DNA of 63,797 nt, counting the filler, from Octopus bimaculoides (taxonomy: Eukaryota): NCBI RefSeq assembly GCF_001194135.2. It is 3 parts of 3 records of this genome, joined end to end, with 100 filler letters (N's around TTAATTAATTAA, not from the genome) between each part and the next. Parts side by side here need not be neighbours in the genome. Positions count along the whole stretch, not along the records: positions 31,702 to 61,553 come from NC_068987.1; 2 more parts are not named here. One strand, written 5' to 3'. Below are positions 49,523 through 61,553 of the stretch, piece after piece. The notes below the pieces were generated by a model. That model did no database searches. It was not told where the DNA came from and was given only the letters and a program-made list of their open reading frames with translations. The first letter of the stretch is position 1. Every line of letters starts with the position of its first letter. A program made the translations under genes and the position numbers.

Positions 49523-50891
49523 ATGCACATATAGGGTAGAGAATAACAGTTGGGTGGGAGCTTGGTCCCTTAGTGGTCTGAGTGATTCCTGATTTGATAG
49601 GTTTCTTGACTGGTCCTAGCTTGAAGCACTCCTGTATCAGGAAGTCTGCATCATCCATGTGTTCACATATTTTGTGTATCATGTATACTTTTTAACTCAT
49701 CTCGCCTTCTCTCCCTTTTATCTCTGCATCTTTTCATGAAAATATTCTCTCAAATTGTAACCTGTCATATTAATGATTCATTATCTGATGCCCCTATATC
49801 AGAATAAATCATCATCATCATCGTCGTCGTCGTCGTCATCATCATGTAGCTCACTTTATTACAAAAACTTTAATTTTTGCCTCCTCTCATGTCACAGAGT
49901 TGGCAAAAATAACTTCTGCTAATCACATTGTGGGATTTCCGTTATCTTCCATAGTTAGGCCATATATTGTTTCAAAAGAAAGATTGAGGAAGATGAATAG
50001 CTAAATATGAAGATTGCATAACAAGTGGGAGTGGTGAACCGTTTCAAGCGACCGATATAGAATGCAGTTCTAAAATTGTAAAAGGGGATATGATTCATTT
50101 TATCGGCATTTGTTATTGACTAATTACGTCAATGACATGACATCGACTGTGACCTGACGAACTGTTTACTAAGAATATGCGCCAATGATAATTATTTTCA
50201 ACCAGGAATCAAAATTTCGCACCAGATAATCCCAGTATTATCCCAGTTCCTCCTTAACATTTCACTTCCTATTATATTTGTCTTTATCTGTTGGTTACAA
50301 TTACAACCATTTCATACGTGTGACTGCCTCACTATATATTACTCTCATTTTCGCTTTCTAACACATAGGCACACATTCTTTCTCTCCCTCTCTCTTTACT
50401 TCTTCTCCTCTCACTACGTCGTTTTTCACTCCCACTCTGAATTTCTTAATATGTCTATTTGGTTACACCTTTTTTAAGCCACACCCTTCCACTTTAATAC
50501 ATATTCAGGTTCCACAAAGAAACCAATGAAACTATAGTAGCCGTAGCAGCAGCAGCACACTATTACCACACTCACCACCTCCATCACTACCAACTCTACC
50601 ACCGCCGCCGACTCCACTACCATCGTCACCACCACCACCACCACCACCACCACCACCACCACCACCACCAGAACTACTGCTGCTACTGCTGTTGTTGTTG
50701 AAGAAGAATGTTTTAGAGCTTGACTGTCAGCCTGAAACTTACGATTTACGGAATTGATGGATGGCAGAAGAGATGAACATAGAACAGATGTTGTGAGACA
50801 CTTTTTGTTTCCTGGTTAAGAAATTCGTTTCGCAAAAATAAATAAATAAGTAAATAAAAATGTTGTTTTTGAGTTCGCGGTTGTTGCAGAA

Positions 50892-51092
50892 TCATGCACA
50901 ACAGTATTCTAACACAGCTGATATTTGTCTGAAGAAGGTGTTGTTTGTGTTGTTGTCTGGTTCATCACGAATATCTGTGTTTTGAGCACCATTAGTGGAG
51001 TCTGCTCTGTAGTAACCAGGTCTTCGGTCTGGAGACGATTTCTTCCTTTTATCTTGCCAGTTGGAGGCCCTAAAATAAGCACTGACACTACT
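50892..51092 (-). CDS. Probable terminal coding exon of the same unidentified gene
   Basis: Strong T-tract CAG| acceptor at 51093. Frame 0 gives SSVSAYFRASNWQDKRKKSSPDRR...FFRQISAVLEYCCA-stop (TGA 50892-50894). A second frame is also open, to 50909. Confidence 0.5.
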   Translation of the reverse strand, partial: SSVSAYFRASNWQDKRKKSSPDRRPGYYRADSTNGAQNTDIRDEPDNNTNNTFFRQISAVLEYCCA

Positions 51093-51143
51093 CTGAAAAA
51101 AAAACGCACCAGTAGTTTTAGATATAAGTGGAAGTGAAAATGT

Positions 51144-51199
<56 letters not shown>

Positions 51200-51931
51200 C
51201 GTCAAAAGATTGCAATGTGTTGTTACTGTTTGTCCCTGAGATGAAACAGGCATGATGAAAGGCACGCCAGTCGTGACCAACTTGACTTTGCCTCAAGCAA
51301 ATTACCTCAATGCCCTATCGATTAAATTTTTTCAATCAGTTGTGAAATATTCTGTTGATCCTCCATATATGAAATGGAAATTCGAGTGGGACTTTAACGG
51401 ATGTACCAAAATACCACAAGGTATTCAGTACTGCTGTAGTCTTCTTCTCCCACAAACCAGTATACAGAAGTGGGATCTTTATTTCACCAATCCTATTTTA
51501 TGACTGGTGCATGTTATCGCGACCCTTAGAAGAAAAGACAAGTTGTGTCTAGCTTGGTGCCAATCCAATGATTTTGTGTACTTGCAGGTGCACATATACA
51601 CAGGCATGCACATCTTTGTTGTTTAGAAACAGCGTCGTCATTTTTCAATGAATCTCAATGAATTTCTTTCTAACATTTGCACGCAATCTCTTATTCAACA
51701 TAAAATAATGCCTAAAATAAAGTTCACGGACCCTCTTTGGGATATCGGAAGATTCCAGGCAAGAAATGTTGAAAGACTGATATTTACAACAAAATAGTAG
51801 TCGGTGGTGATAGCTTATAACATCAAACTGTCTGTTTTCCTTTCTTTTCTCTTTCTCACTTTCTCTTTCTCACTTTCTCTTTCTCACTTTCTCTTTCTCA
51901 CTTTCTCTTTCTTTCTTTCTTTCTCTCTCAC

Positions 51932-52081
51932 TCTTTTCAGCTCCATCTTGCTCGCTCTACTACGTAAGTCCTGTCTTATACACTCCTGCAACACACATAT
52001 ATACACTTCCTCGGTCATCTTTTGTAAACGATAATTTACAGCCAGTATATATTTTAACGTTGTAGATGTCCAAGTTTCCAA
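51932..52081 (-). CDS. Internal exon of an unidentified gene, possibly protein-kinase C-lobe (subdomains X-XI)
   Basis: GTTTCAG| acceptor at 52082, AGA|GTGAGA donor at 51932/51931, 150 nt phase 0-0: LETWTSTTLKYILAVNYRLQKMTEEVYICVLQECIRQDLRSRASKMELKR. Resembles the GYRL...EEVY..M..CW..DP..R pattern by eye only. Confidence 0.5.
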
Positions 52082-52255
52082 CTGAAACACCAAAATTATG
52101 GAAAAGTTAGTATCTGGATTTAGATACCATAGAATGTAGCAAATAATTTAGTTTTAATTGTTTCACATTTAAATTTGTTCGTATATATCCAAGTAATTAT
52201 ATGTATGTGTGTACGTATTTATATATATATATAATACCTCGTTCAGAGATTTAAC

Positions 52256-52292
<37 letters not shown>

Positions 52293-52355
52293 NNNNNNNN
52301 NNNNNNNNNNNNNNNNNNNNNNNNNNNNNNNNNNNNNNNNNNNNNNNNNNNNNNN

Positions 52356-52558
52356 ATACATGTTGTCAACAGCTATTGAAAAGGTTGCTAGACGCAACGA
52401 AAATTTTAGAAAACTAAACAAGTAAACGAGTGGAAATTTTACCGGTGCGTGTGTTAAGTTATAAGGCACTAAAAGAGAATGACTCACCCCAGACACAACA
52501 GAATATGCTTCAACACACGAACTCACATAAAGAATCTTGCAAATCAAATCCCAAAACG
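52356..52558 (+). repeat. Dispersed repeat, also at about 14845-14985, with fragments at about 29530-29585 (-) and about 31150-31175
   Basis: AAGTGGAAA...CACAACAGAATATGCTTCAACACACGAACTCACATAAAGAATCTTGCAAA is shared between copies. Confidence 0.8.
52373..52409 (+). ncRNA. Variant minimal hammerhead-like motif (U3-A8) in a PLE-LTR-like repeat
   Basis: CUA-UUGAAAA-G-GUUGC(UAGAC)GCAAC-GAAA-AUU-U-UAG. Palindromic AAUU stem III, 3-bp stem I. Confidence 0.45.
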
Positions 52559-52589
<31 letters not shown>

Positions 52590-52593
<4 letters not shown>

Positions 52594-53421
52594 GCTATGG
52601 GTAAACTGTCGACAATTTATAATTTTAATTTAGCTCATAAGCACACTTTGTTTAGTCGACTACTCAGTATAGTAGGTTCCCTTGGGCACCGTCTTAGAGA
52701 AAAACAGCACCATGACGCAATTCACTCTGCCAGAATTTGGAAAAGACATGCTGTACTGCTTGGTATTCATCCCGGAAGATCCAATACGAAAATTTCAGAG
52801 TGTTTGGGTGTCGATCTGAGGACATGTACCGAGGGTTATAAAAAATCGAACAACCAATCGACATCATGGTGTTTGGAGTGATCACCAGTGATGGCAACGT
52901 TATGCCTCCATTCATCTTCCTACACGGCCTCACACTCAGCGAGGAGGCTTATATCAAGTGCCTGGAGGAGGTAATACAGACCTGGGTCAAGTGGGAGGCT
53001 GCTGGAAGGCAACAGGACTCTGCACCATGCCACACAAGTAGAAGAACCCAGTTATTGCTGTCAGACGATTTCTGCGACCACATTACCACTAATTTCCCAG
53101 ACTGCAGCCCCCTTGATTATTCTGTGGAGCGCAGTTGAGTAAGAGACCAACAAAACTCCTTGTAGCACCAAAGATGAACTGAGGGCAAGGATTATGGCAG
53201 GGTTCACCAACTTAAACAAGAAGACCGTCCAGAAGAGCTGCAGGAGATTCCGAAGTCGTCTGGAGGCCGTGGTTGAAGCCAATGGCTATTTTATTCAATA
53301 AATTTACTCTTTAGTATTTCAAGATAAATTCATGTTATTTTGTCAAATATATCTGTTAAAATGAGATGTCAGTGTTTTCATTTTTGCATAATTTAGACGC
53401 CAGTTTATTCACTGCATCCTG
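52590..53421 (+). mobile_element. maT deletion derivative, second copy
   Basis: MVFGVITSDGNVMPPFIF...QQDSAPCHTSRRTQ...PDCSPLDY, with degenerate TIRs. Confidence 0.85.
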
Positions 53422-54256
53422 TATGTATGTGTATATATNNNNNNNNNNNNNNNNNNNNNNNNNNNNNNNNNNNNNNNNNNNNNNNNNNNNNNNNNNNNNN
53501 NNNNNNNNNNNNNNNNNNNNNNNNNNNNNNNNNNNNNNNNNNNNNNNNNNNNNNNNNNNNNNNNNNNNNNNNNNNNNNNNNNNNNNNNNNNNNNNNNNNN
53601 NNNNNNNNNNNNNNNNNNNNNNNNNNNNNNNNNNNNNNNNNNNNNNNNNNNNNNNNNNNNNNNNNNNNNNNNNNNNNNNNNNNNNNNNNNNNNNNNNNNN
53701 NNNNNNNNNNNNNNNNNNNNNNNNNNNNNNNNNNNNNNNNNNNNNNNNNNNNNNNNNNNNNNNNNNNNNNNNNNNNNNNNNNNNNNNNNNNNNNNNNNNN
53801 NNNNNNNNNNNNNNNNNNNNNNNNNNNNNNNNNNNNNNNNNNNNNNNNNNNNNNNNNNNNNNNNNNNNNNNNNNNNNNNNNNNNNNNNNNNNNNNNNNNN
53901 NNNNNNNNNNNNNNNNNNNNNNNNNNNNNNNNNNNNNNNNNNNNNNNNNNNNNNNNNNNNNNNNNNNNNNNNNNNNNNNNNNNNNNNNNNNNNNNNNNNN
54001 NNNNNNNNNNNNNNNNNNNNNNNNNNNNNNNNNNNNNNNNNNNNNNNNNNNNNNNNNNNNNNNNNNNNNNNNNNNNNNNNNNNNNNNNNNNNNNNNNNNN
54101 NNNNNNNNNNNNNNNNNNNNNNNNNNNNNNNNNNNNNNNNNNNNNNNNNNNNNNNNNNNNNNNNNNNNNNNNNNNNNNNNNNNNNNNNNNNNNNNNNNNN
54201 NNNNNNNNNNNNNNNNNNNNNNNNNCTATGTGAGTGTGTATATATGTGTGTTTGTG

Positions 54257-54321
<65 letters not shown>

Positions 54322-54449
54322 CGTTTTTATTGGTCCCAGAGTTTATTGTGGAATGTGTATATGAGTGTGTGTTTGAGTGTTTTTTGTGTCGGTGGGGATG
54401 TTAGGTGTGTGTACGTGAGAGTGTGCGTATATCTCTTTGTCTGAGTATG

Positions 54450-55330
54450 TATGTGTTGTTTTGATCGTCCTTGTGTGAATACCAACACCATCGATAATCC
54501 ATATACTACTCGTAATGGTAAAAACAAATCATATACTCTTTCCATTAACTCTACTAAATCTAAAATTGATTATAAACTATCTAAAAATAATTCTGATGAA
54601 TCTAATACGATTTGGTTTATTATTACTTATGTAATGCAAATTAAGAATAATATGATAAAATCAATATATAAGTCCATTTATAAACATTTTAACATCGATA
54701 ACAAATACAGTGAAATTATCAATCACAAAATTATCCGTATTGGTTTTAGCCTAACTCGTTATTTGTTTAGACTTATATCATCTATTAACAACAACAAATT
54801 AAAAAAGTTCTACACTAATAGAAATATCCAAGACAATCATTTTTCTAAAACAAAACCTAATCTCCCAAACTTAGTCAACAATAATAATAGCAGCCATAGA
54901 TTCCTTAACGATGGAAGCGAAATAACCCATACTAATCCTTTAATATTAACTCTCCTAATAAATATACTCATAAAAAATGTAGATGAAAATTGTGACTGCA
55001 AAGTTAAGACTAATTGTAAATTTTAAAATTCTTGTAAGAAAGGTAATGTAGTTTGTCAATGTGCAGTAGAATTTGAAAGAAAAAAATACTATTATATAGG
55101 CTCTACCGAAAATAAGATTACAATCCGTGTGGCTAATCACCCTAGAGAGCTTTAAAAACAGACAAAAAATCAACTCCAGCGGATTAAGTTCGTATGGGAA
55201 TTAAAAGATAACAGGGAATTTGATATTAGATGACACATTATAAGTTCTGCAATATCTTACAGAGTCTCCAGCAGGAGGTGTAACTTGGGTACCGAACAAA
55301 CTTTTAGAATCCTTACGTCTACAGAAATTT
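54450..55330 (+). mobile_element. Penelope-like C-terminal / GIY-YIG remnant
   Basis: ENCDCKVKTNC...GNVVCQCAV...YYYIGSTEN...IRVANH...WELKD. Confidence 0.75.
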
Positions 55331-56505
55331 TACTTAACTTACGTAATGAGAAAAGTATTTCTTGCATTCATATATGTTCTCTAAGTTTAAGTAATAAATA
55401 TATAATTATATTATAGTATAATATAACTACATAATATAATAATAATAATGATAATAACAAATTGAAAATAATATGTGCCCTTTTATTGGAAGAATTTATA
55501 TAAACCCGTTGGAGTCTTTCATTTTGCTAATGTAATTCTCTTCCTCCCAAGCATTTACACATATCTTGATAAATAATAATGACTATAAACCTTTTATCAC
55601 ACATTATCGTTGTCTCCATGATCTCACATTAACAACTATATTTTACATATTCTTAGAAACGATTTAATAATCATTAACCATNNNNNNNNNNNNNNNNNNN
55701 NNNNNNNNNNNNNNNNNNNNNNNNNNNNNNNNNNNNNNNNNNNNNNNNNNNNNNNNNNNNNNNNNNNNNNNNNNNNNNNNNNNNNNNNNNNNNNNNNNNN
55801 NNNNNNNNNNNNNNNNNNNNNNNNNNNNNNNNNNNNNNNNNNNNNNNNNNNNNNNNNNNNNNNNNNNNNNNNNNNNNNNNNNNNNNNNNNNNNNNNNNNN
55901 NNNNNNNNNNNNNNNNNNNNNNNNNNNNNNNNNNNNNNNNNNNNNNNNNNNNNNNNNNNNNNNNNNNNNNNNNNNNNNNNNNNNNNNNNNNNNNNNNNNN
56001 NNNNNNNNNNNNNNNNNNNNNNNNNNNNNNNTATTCATTAATAAACGTTAACCTATATAACGAATTGAAATTAATATGTAACCATTTATTTCATGTCTTT
56101 TCTGAACCCATTGGCGCCATTATTTCTACTAACGTAATTCTCTTCTTCCCATATATTTATACATAACTAAATAACATTGACTATAGAACTTACAATACAC
56201 AATACCATTACCTTTGTTGCTTTACATCAATAACTATAATTTAACGTATTCTTATAAACTAATTTGCAAGATATAAAGCGTATATAAGCATGTGATTATA
56301 CGCAAAGTATATTTAGTTAGGTGAAAGTATGTATATCTGTGCACCTACGTACACAGTTATGTATGCACATGCATGTGCTTGTGTGTGTGTATCTATGTAT
56401 TTATGCATATGTCTGTATATATGCATGTGTAGATAGGTATATGTGTGCGTATGTGTGTGCATGTGTATGTATCGATATGCATGTAAATATATATATGTAT
56501 ATATG

Positions 56506-56536
<31 letters not shown>

Positions 56537-56806
56537 NNNNNNNNNNNNNNNNNNNNNNNNNNNNNNNNNNNNNNNNNNNNNNNNNNNNNNNNNNNNNNNN
56601 NNNNNNNNNNNNNNNNNNNNNNNNNNNNNNNNNNNNNNNNNNNNNNNNNNNNNNNNNNNNNNNNNNNNNNNNNNNNNNNNNNNNNNNNNNNNNNNNNNNN
56701 NNNNNNNNNNNNNNNNNNNNNNNNNNNNNNNNNNNNNNNNNNNNNNNNNNNNNNNNNNNNNNNNNNNNNNNNNNNNNNNNNNNNNNNNNNNNNNNNNNNN
56801 NNNNNN

Positions 56807-56870
<64 letters not shown>

Positions 56871-57322
56871 GTGTGTGTGTATATGTATATGTACATGTAT
56901 ATGTGTCCGTGTGTGTCTGTATATGTATGTATATATATGTATATATATGAGTATGGATGTGTATACATATATGTGTGTGTATGTGTGTGTATGTATATAT
57001 ATATATATATTGTATGTATGTATACATATGTATGCGTGTGAGCATAGCTATGTATGTATGTATGTATGTATGCATAAACATATTGTTGCCGCTGGTCTTA
57101 TGACCATATAACTCCACACACTCCTATATTTTGCAAAACCGTTAGGTGTAGATACATTTCTTTCTAGAGACGCTATTGCATATACAACTAATTCAAAATT
57201 TCCTCGACCAATGCGCACTGATTGATTAATGTTTGCTCTATGTTCATTTTTTTTATATATGTGAAAGTGTATGAATGTATATATGTTTTACATTTTTATA
57301 TATGTCTAATAAATTGATATCT

Positions 57323-58684
57323 TTGGGTTGACAACTAAGTTCCCGCCGTTTTTGTTAATTTAAATTTTTTAAAAGGTTTAATAAAAAATGATATCTAATG
57401 AATCAATAATGTATGCACCCTTGTTGCTTACAATTTATTCCCAACGTTCAACAAGATTTTTAATACCTCGTTAGTAGAAATCACCCGATATCGACTCGAA
57501 AAATTGATCCAACCAAGCTCTCAGTTCTGCATCAATATTGAACAAGACTACGCGCATAGTATTTGAAAGAGATCGAAAGAGGTGGAAATCCGTTGGTTCC
57601 AAATCAGGAGAGTACGGCGGGTGTGGCAGCACTTCCCAGCCATGCGTTTGAATGGCTTCTTTGGTCATATTGGCGATATGAGGGCGGGCGTTGTCATGCA
57701 GCAGAAGAACTCCATGCTGCCGATGAGGTCTCTTCTCTTGAATAGCCGTGTTAAGTCTTTCCATCTGTTGGACATAGAGTTCCGCGTTGACCATTTGGTT
57801 CCGTTCAAGCAATTCGTAATGGATAATCTCTTCCTAGTCCCACCATACGCACAACATCGTTTTACGTGGATGAAGATCTTGTTTCACGTGCGGTGTCACT
57901 TGTTTACCGAGGCTAAGCCATTCCTTATGCTGCTTCATATTGATGTATAGGCACCATTTTTTGTCGCCAGTAACGATTTGGTAAAGAAATCGCTGCTTGT
58001 GTTCTTGAGATGAGCGGTGACGAGCGAACAAACCAGCGGAGATTGTGGCTCGTTGATTTTTGTTGTTGTCACTTAAAAGCATGCGGAACCCATGCTCCAT
58101 ACTTCTGAACCTTTCCCATCGAGTGAAGATGCTTCTCTATAGCAGTGTGGAAGCATTTCATTTTCTCNNNNNNNNNNNNNNNNNNNNNNNNNNNNNNNNN
58201 NNNNNNNNNNNNNNNNNNNNNNNNNNNNNNNNNNNNNNNNNNNNNNNNNNNNNNNNNNNNNNNNNNNNNNNNNNNNNNNNNNNNNNNNNNNNNNNNNNNN
58301 NNNNNNNNNNNNCGAACGCAACTGGACGGCCAGAAAGAGGTGCGTCTTTGAGGTCAAAATTTCCATTTTTGAACTTGGCATACCAGCCACAAGCGGTTTC
58401 TTCAGCTATGGCACCATCTCCATACACAGCACAAATGTCACGAGCAGCTTTTGCGGCCTTAGAGCCTTGATTAAAAGCAAAACGAAGGTGTCGAAAATGC
58501 TCGTTTTTCTTAACTTGACATTCCATTTTAATGATCTGAAAATAAACAAAATTAGCTAAAATTAACTAGAAAAAAAAAATCATTCAAAAATAGAATTCTC
58601 GAAAAAAATAGATTCCAAAATTTAAAAACGCAATAAATTCCAAAATTTAAAAAACAAACGGCGGGAACTTAGTTGCCAACCCAA
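57323..58684 (-). mobile_element. Near full-length mariner (D,D34D), mellifera-like TIRs, frameshifted
   Basis: TIR TTGGGTTG(A/G)CAACTAAGTTCCCGCCGTTT at both ends, TA on the right flank. IVTGDKKW and HDNARPH...YSPDLEPTD with 34-residue spacing. Confidence 0.95.
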
Positions 58685-59130
58685 TACTTACTCTTCCTTA
58701 ATCTTATTTTAAATTTTCTTCATTTATTTCCATTTTTACTTTATTTACTTTTCTATTCTATTCTATCTTATTCTTTACTGTATTCCTCATTATATTCTAA
58801 TTAATCCGTAAACCCTTCACTCACACATATTAATAAAAATGATAAATCTTATTATTTAGTCTGCTGGCATGAACTGATAGGTCGGCATGTAACATCTTAA
58901 GGTACATCTTTTTCTCTGAAGAAATTATGCTCATAACATATAAATGCAAATTTAATGCATATATCTGTAATTTACCTATTGGACACTAATGGAAACGGCT
59001 GTAAGAAGTAGAAATTACCAATATATTAATAATAAATAATTATTAACTTTCAACACACCATTTTCTTTCCTTCAATTAATTTAACATGAATTATACGCTT
59101 AATATATACCTATTGATGTTAGAGAAGCTC

Positions 59131-59817
59131 AAATACGAACATTGCAGAGTGTCGGGTGTCAATTTATGGGCAGTGCAATCCGAGGACATGTACTGAGAGT
59201 GATAAAAATCAAAACATTCAGTAAACATCATGGTGTTTAGAGTGATCACTAGTGACGGCGACGCTATGCCTCCATTTATCTTCTCACACGGCCACACACT
59301 CAACACGGATGCCTACATAAATGCCTGGAGGAGATAGTACTGCCCTAGGTTAAGAAGGTGGCTGCTGAAATATTTTATGTCTGGCAACAGGATTCTGTGC
59401 CATGCCAAACAAGCAGGAGAACTCAGTCATGGCTGTCAGACAATTTCTGTGACTATATCACCCCTAATATCTGGCGACCTAACCCTCCAAACTGCAGCTC
59501 CCTTGATTATTATGTGAGGGGCGCAGTTTAGTGAGAGACTAACAAAACACATTCTAACACCAAAGATGATCTGAAGGCAAGAATAATGGCGGCATTCACC
59601 AACTTAAACCAGGAGACCGTCAAGAAGAGTTGCAGGGGATTCCGAAGTCATCTAGAGGCCATGGTTGAAGCCAATGGCAATTTTATTGAATAAATTTACT
59701 CTCTAGTATTTCAAGATATTTTCATGTAATTTTGGTAAGTATTTCTGTTAAAATGAGATGTCAATGTTATTTGCATTTTTGCGTAATTTAGACAACAATG
59801 TATTCAACGCACTCTGA
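59131..59817 (+). mobile_element. maT deletion derivative, third copy (5' truncated); inverted TIR fragment at about 60674-60745
   Basis: Colinear with 34980-35627. Confidence 0.85.
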
Positions 59818-59828
59818 ATAAATATGTT

Positions 59829-59887
<59 letters not shown>

Positions 59888-60773
59888 NNNNNNNNNNNNN
59901 NNNNNNNNNNNNNNNNNNNNNNNNNNNNNNNNNNNNNNNNNNNNNNNNNNNNNNNNNNNNNNNNNNNNNNNNNNNNNNNNNNNNNNNNNNNNNNNNNNNN
60001 NNNNNNNNNNNNNNNNNNNNNNNNNNNNNNNNNNNNNNNNNNNNNNNNNNNNNNNNNNNNNNNNNNNNNNNNNNNNNNNNNNNNNNNNNNNNNNNNNNNN
60101 NNNNNNNNNNNNNNNNNNNNNNNNNNNNNNNNNNNNNNNNNNNNNNNNNNNNNNNNNNNNNNNNNNNNNNNNNNNNNNNNNNNNNNNNNNNNNNNNNNNN
60201 NNNNNNNNNNNNNNNNNNNNNNNNNNNNNNNNNNNNNNNNNNNNNNNNNNNNNNNNNNNNNNNNNNNNNNNNNNNNNNNNNNNNNNNNNNNNNNNNNNNN
60301 NNNNNNNNNNNNNNNNNNNNNNNNNNNNNNNNNNNNNNNNNNNNNNNNNNNNNNNNNNNNNNNNNNNNNNNNNNNNNNNNNNNNNNNNNNNNATATATAT
60401 ATATATATATATATATATAGCGTGTGTGTGTGTGTGTTTGTATGTCTGTATTTGTTCCCCGCCATCGCTTGACAACCGATGTTGGTGTGTTTATGTTCCC
60501 GTAAAGTAGCGGTTCGGCCAAAGAGACCGATAGAATAAGTACTAGGCTTACAAAGAATAAGTCCTGGGGTTGATTTTTTTCGACCAAAGGCGGTGTTCTA
60601 GAATGGTCGCAGTCAAATGACGGAAACGCGTAAAAGAATAAAAGAAAAAAAATATATATAAACATATGCATACAGGGTGCGGGGATTATATTGTCGTATA
60701 AATTACAGAAAAATGAATATAACACTGACATCTCATTTTAACAGATGTGTGTGTGTGTCTGTATGTATTTATG

Positions 60774-60922
60774 TTATTAAAGCTGCAAGAGCATCACAAA
60801 AAAGTGCTACTCAGAATTTCCCGTTCGTCGGGCAGTTGTGATCAGGAATCACAACAGCCCGACGATCGGGAACATGAAATTCTAAGTAGCAATTTTTTGT
60901 GATATTCTTCCAGCCTTAATAA
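60774..60922. repeat. About 150-bp imperfect foldback palindrome (MITE-like)
   Basis: The arms pair over almost the whole length (e.g. CCGTTCGTCGGGC / GCCCGACGATCGG). Confidence 0.8.
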
Positions 60923-61159
60923 TAAAAAAAGCGTATTACTCTACCTCCGGTTTTCGAGTACTATTTTTTTCTTACTTGTTTCACATTTATGTGCTTACTC
61001 GTGTGTGTATATATATATATATATGTATGTATGTGTGTATATTTTAAGTTTGCTTATGGGAAACAGTCCAAGGATGCTGATTATTGAGCCAGTTTTTCGG
61101 GGTATCATCACGCTTTACCGATATAATGTAGGATACATAGGATAAATATAATATAATAT

Positions 61160-61231
61160 ACTCTAGCCCAGTGAACGTCACCAGTGGTGTCCCTCGGGAG
61201 ACTGTCTGGAGCCTGCTTATGTTTATAGTCT
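61160..61231 (+). mobile_element. CR1/L2-like RT micro-fragment
   Basis: SPVNVTSGVPRETVWSLLMFIV resembles SGVPQGSVLGPLLF. Confidence 0.45.
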
Positions 61232-61232
61232 A

Positions 61233-61553
61233 CTAGCAGAAATACCCGGCGTTGCCCGGGTTAAAGAGAATAATGAAATCTAAAAACGCCGTCTAGACTA
61301 CGCATCATCTTTATATATAGAGATGTATATACACACACGCACCCAAACACACGTATATATATGTATATCAATATAAATATATGAAAGTCAATGAAGTTTC
61401 GTAAAAGAAGGTGATCATGTACATACTTTCTTGCTGTTGTGATTATAACACCTCATTGTAAACTATGTTCCTTGTTGTCCCTTGTGGAGCATATACAAAT
61501 AGGATTTTTGTTGCTGCCCACTCTTGAGTAGCCAACATACAGTTGTCCATGTG
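61233..61553 (-). mobile_element. Helitron 3' end: helicase C-terminus remnant, terminal hairpin and CTAG
   Basis: HGQLYVGYSRVGS, then a frameshift, then FVYAPQGTTRNIVYNEVL* (61444-61553). Hairpin CCCGGGCAACGCCGGG, then CTAG|T at 61236-61232. Confidence 0.8.

Noticed and set aside
57100-57232. Minus frame VRIGRGNFELVVY, resembling a kinase glycine loop
   Set aside because: No good donor, and the intervening subdomains were not found; could be chance.
58976-58998. 23-nt minus micro-exon candidate (TTACAG|...TAG|GTAAAT)
   Set aside because: The splice signals are fair, but it cannot be chained in phase to any other exon.
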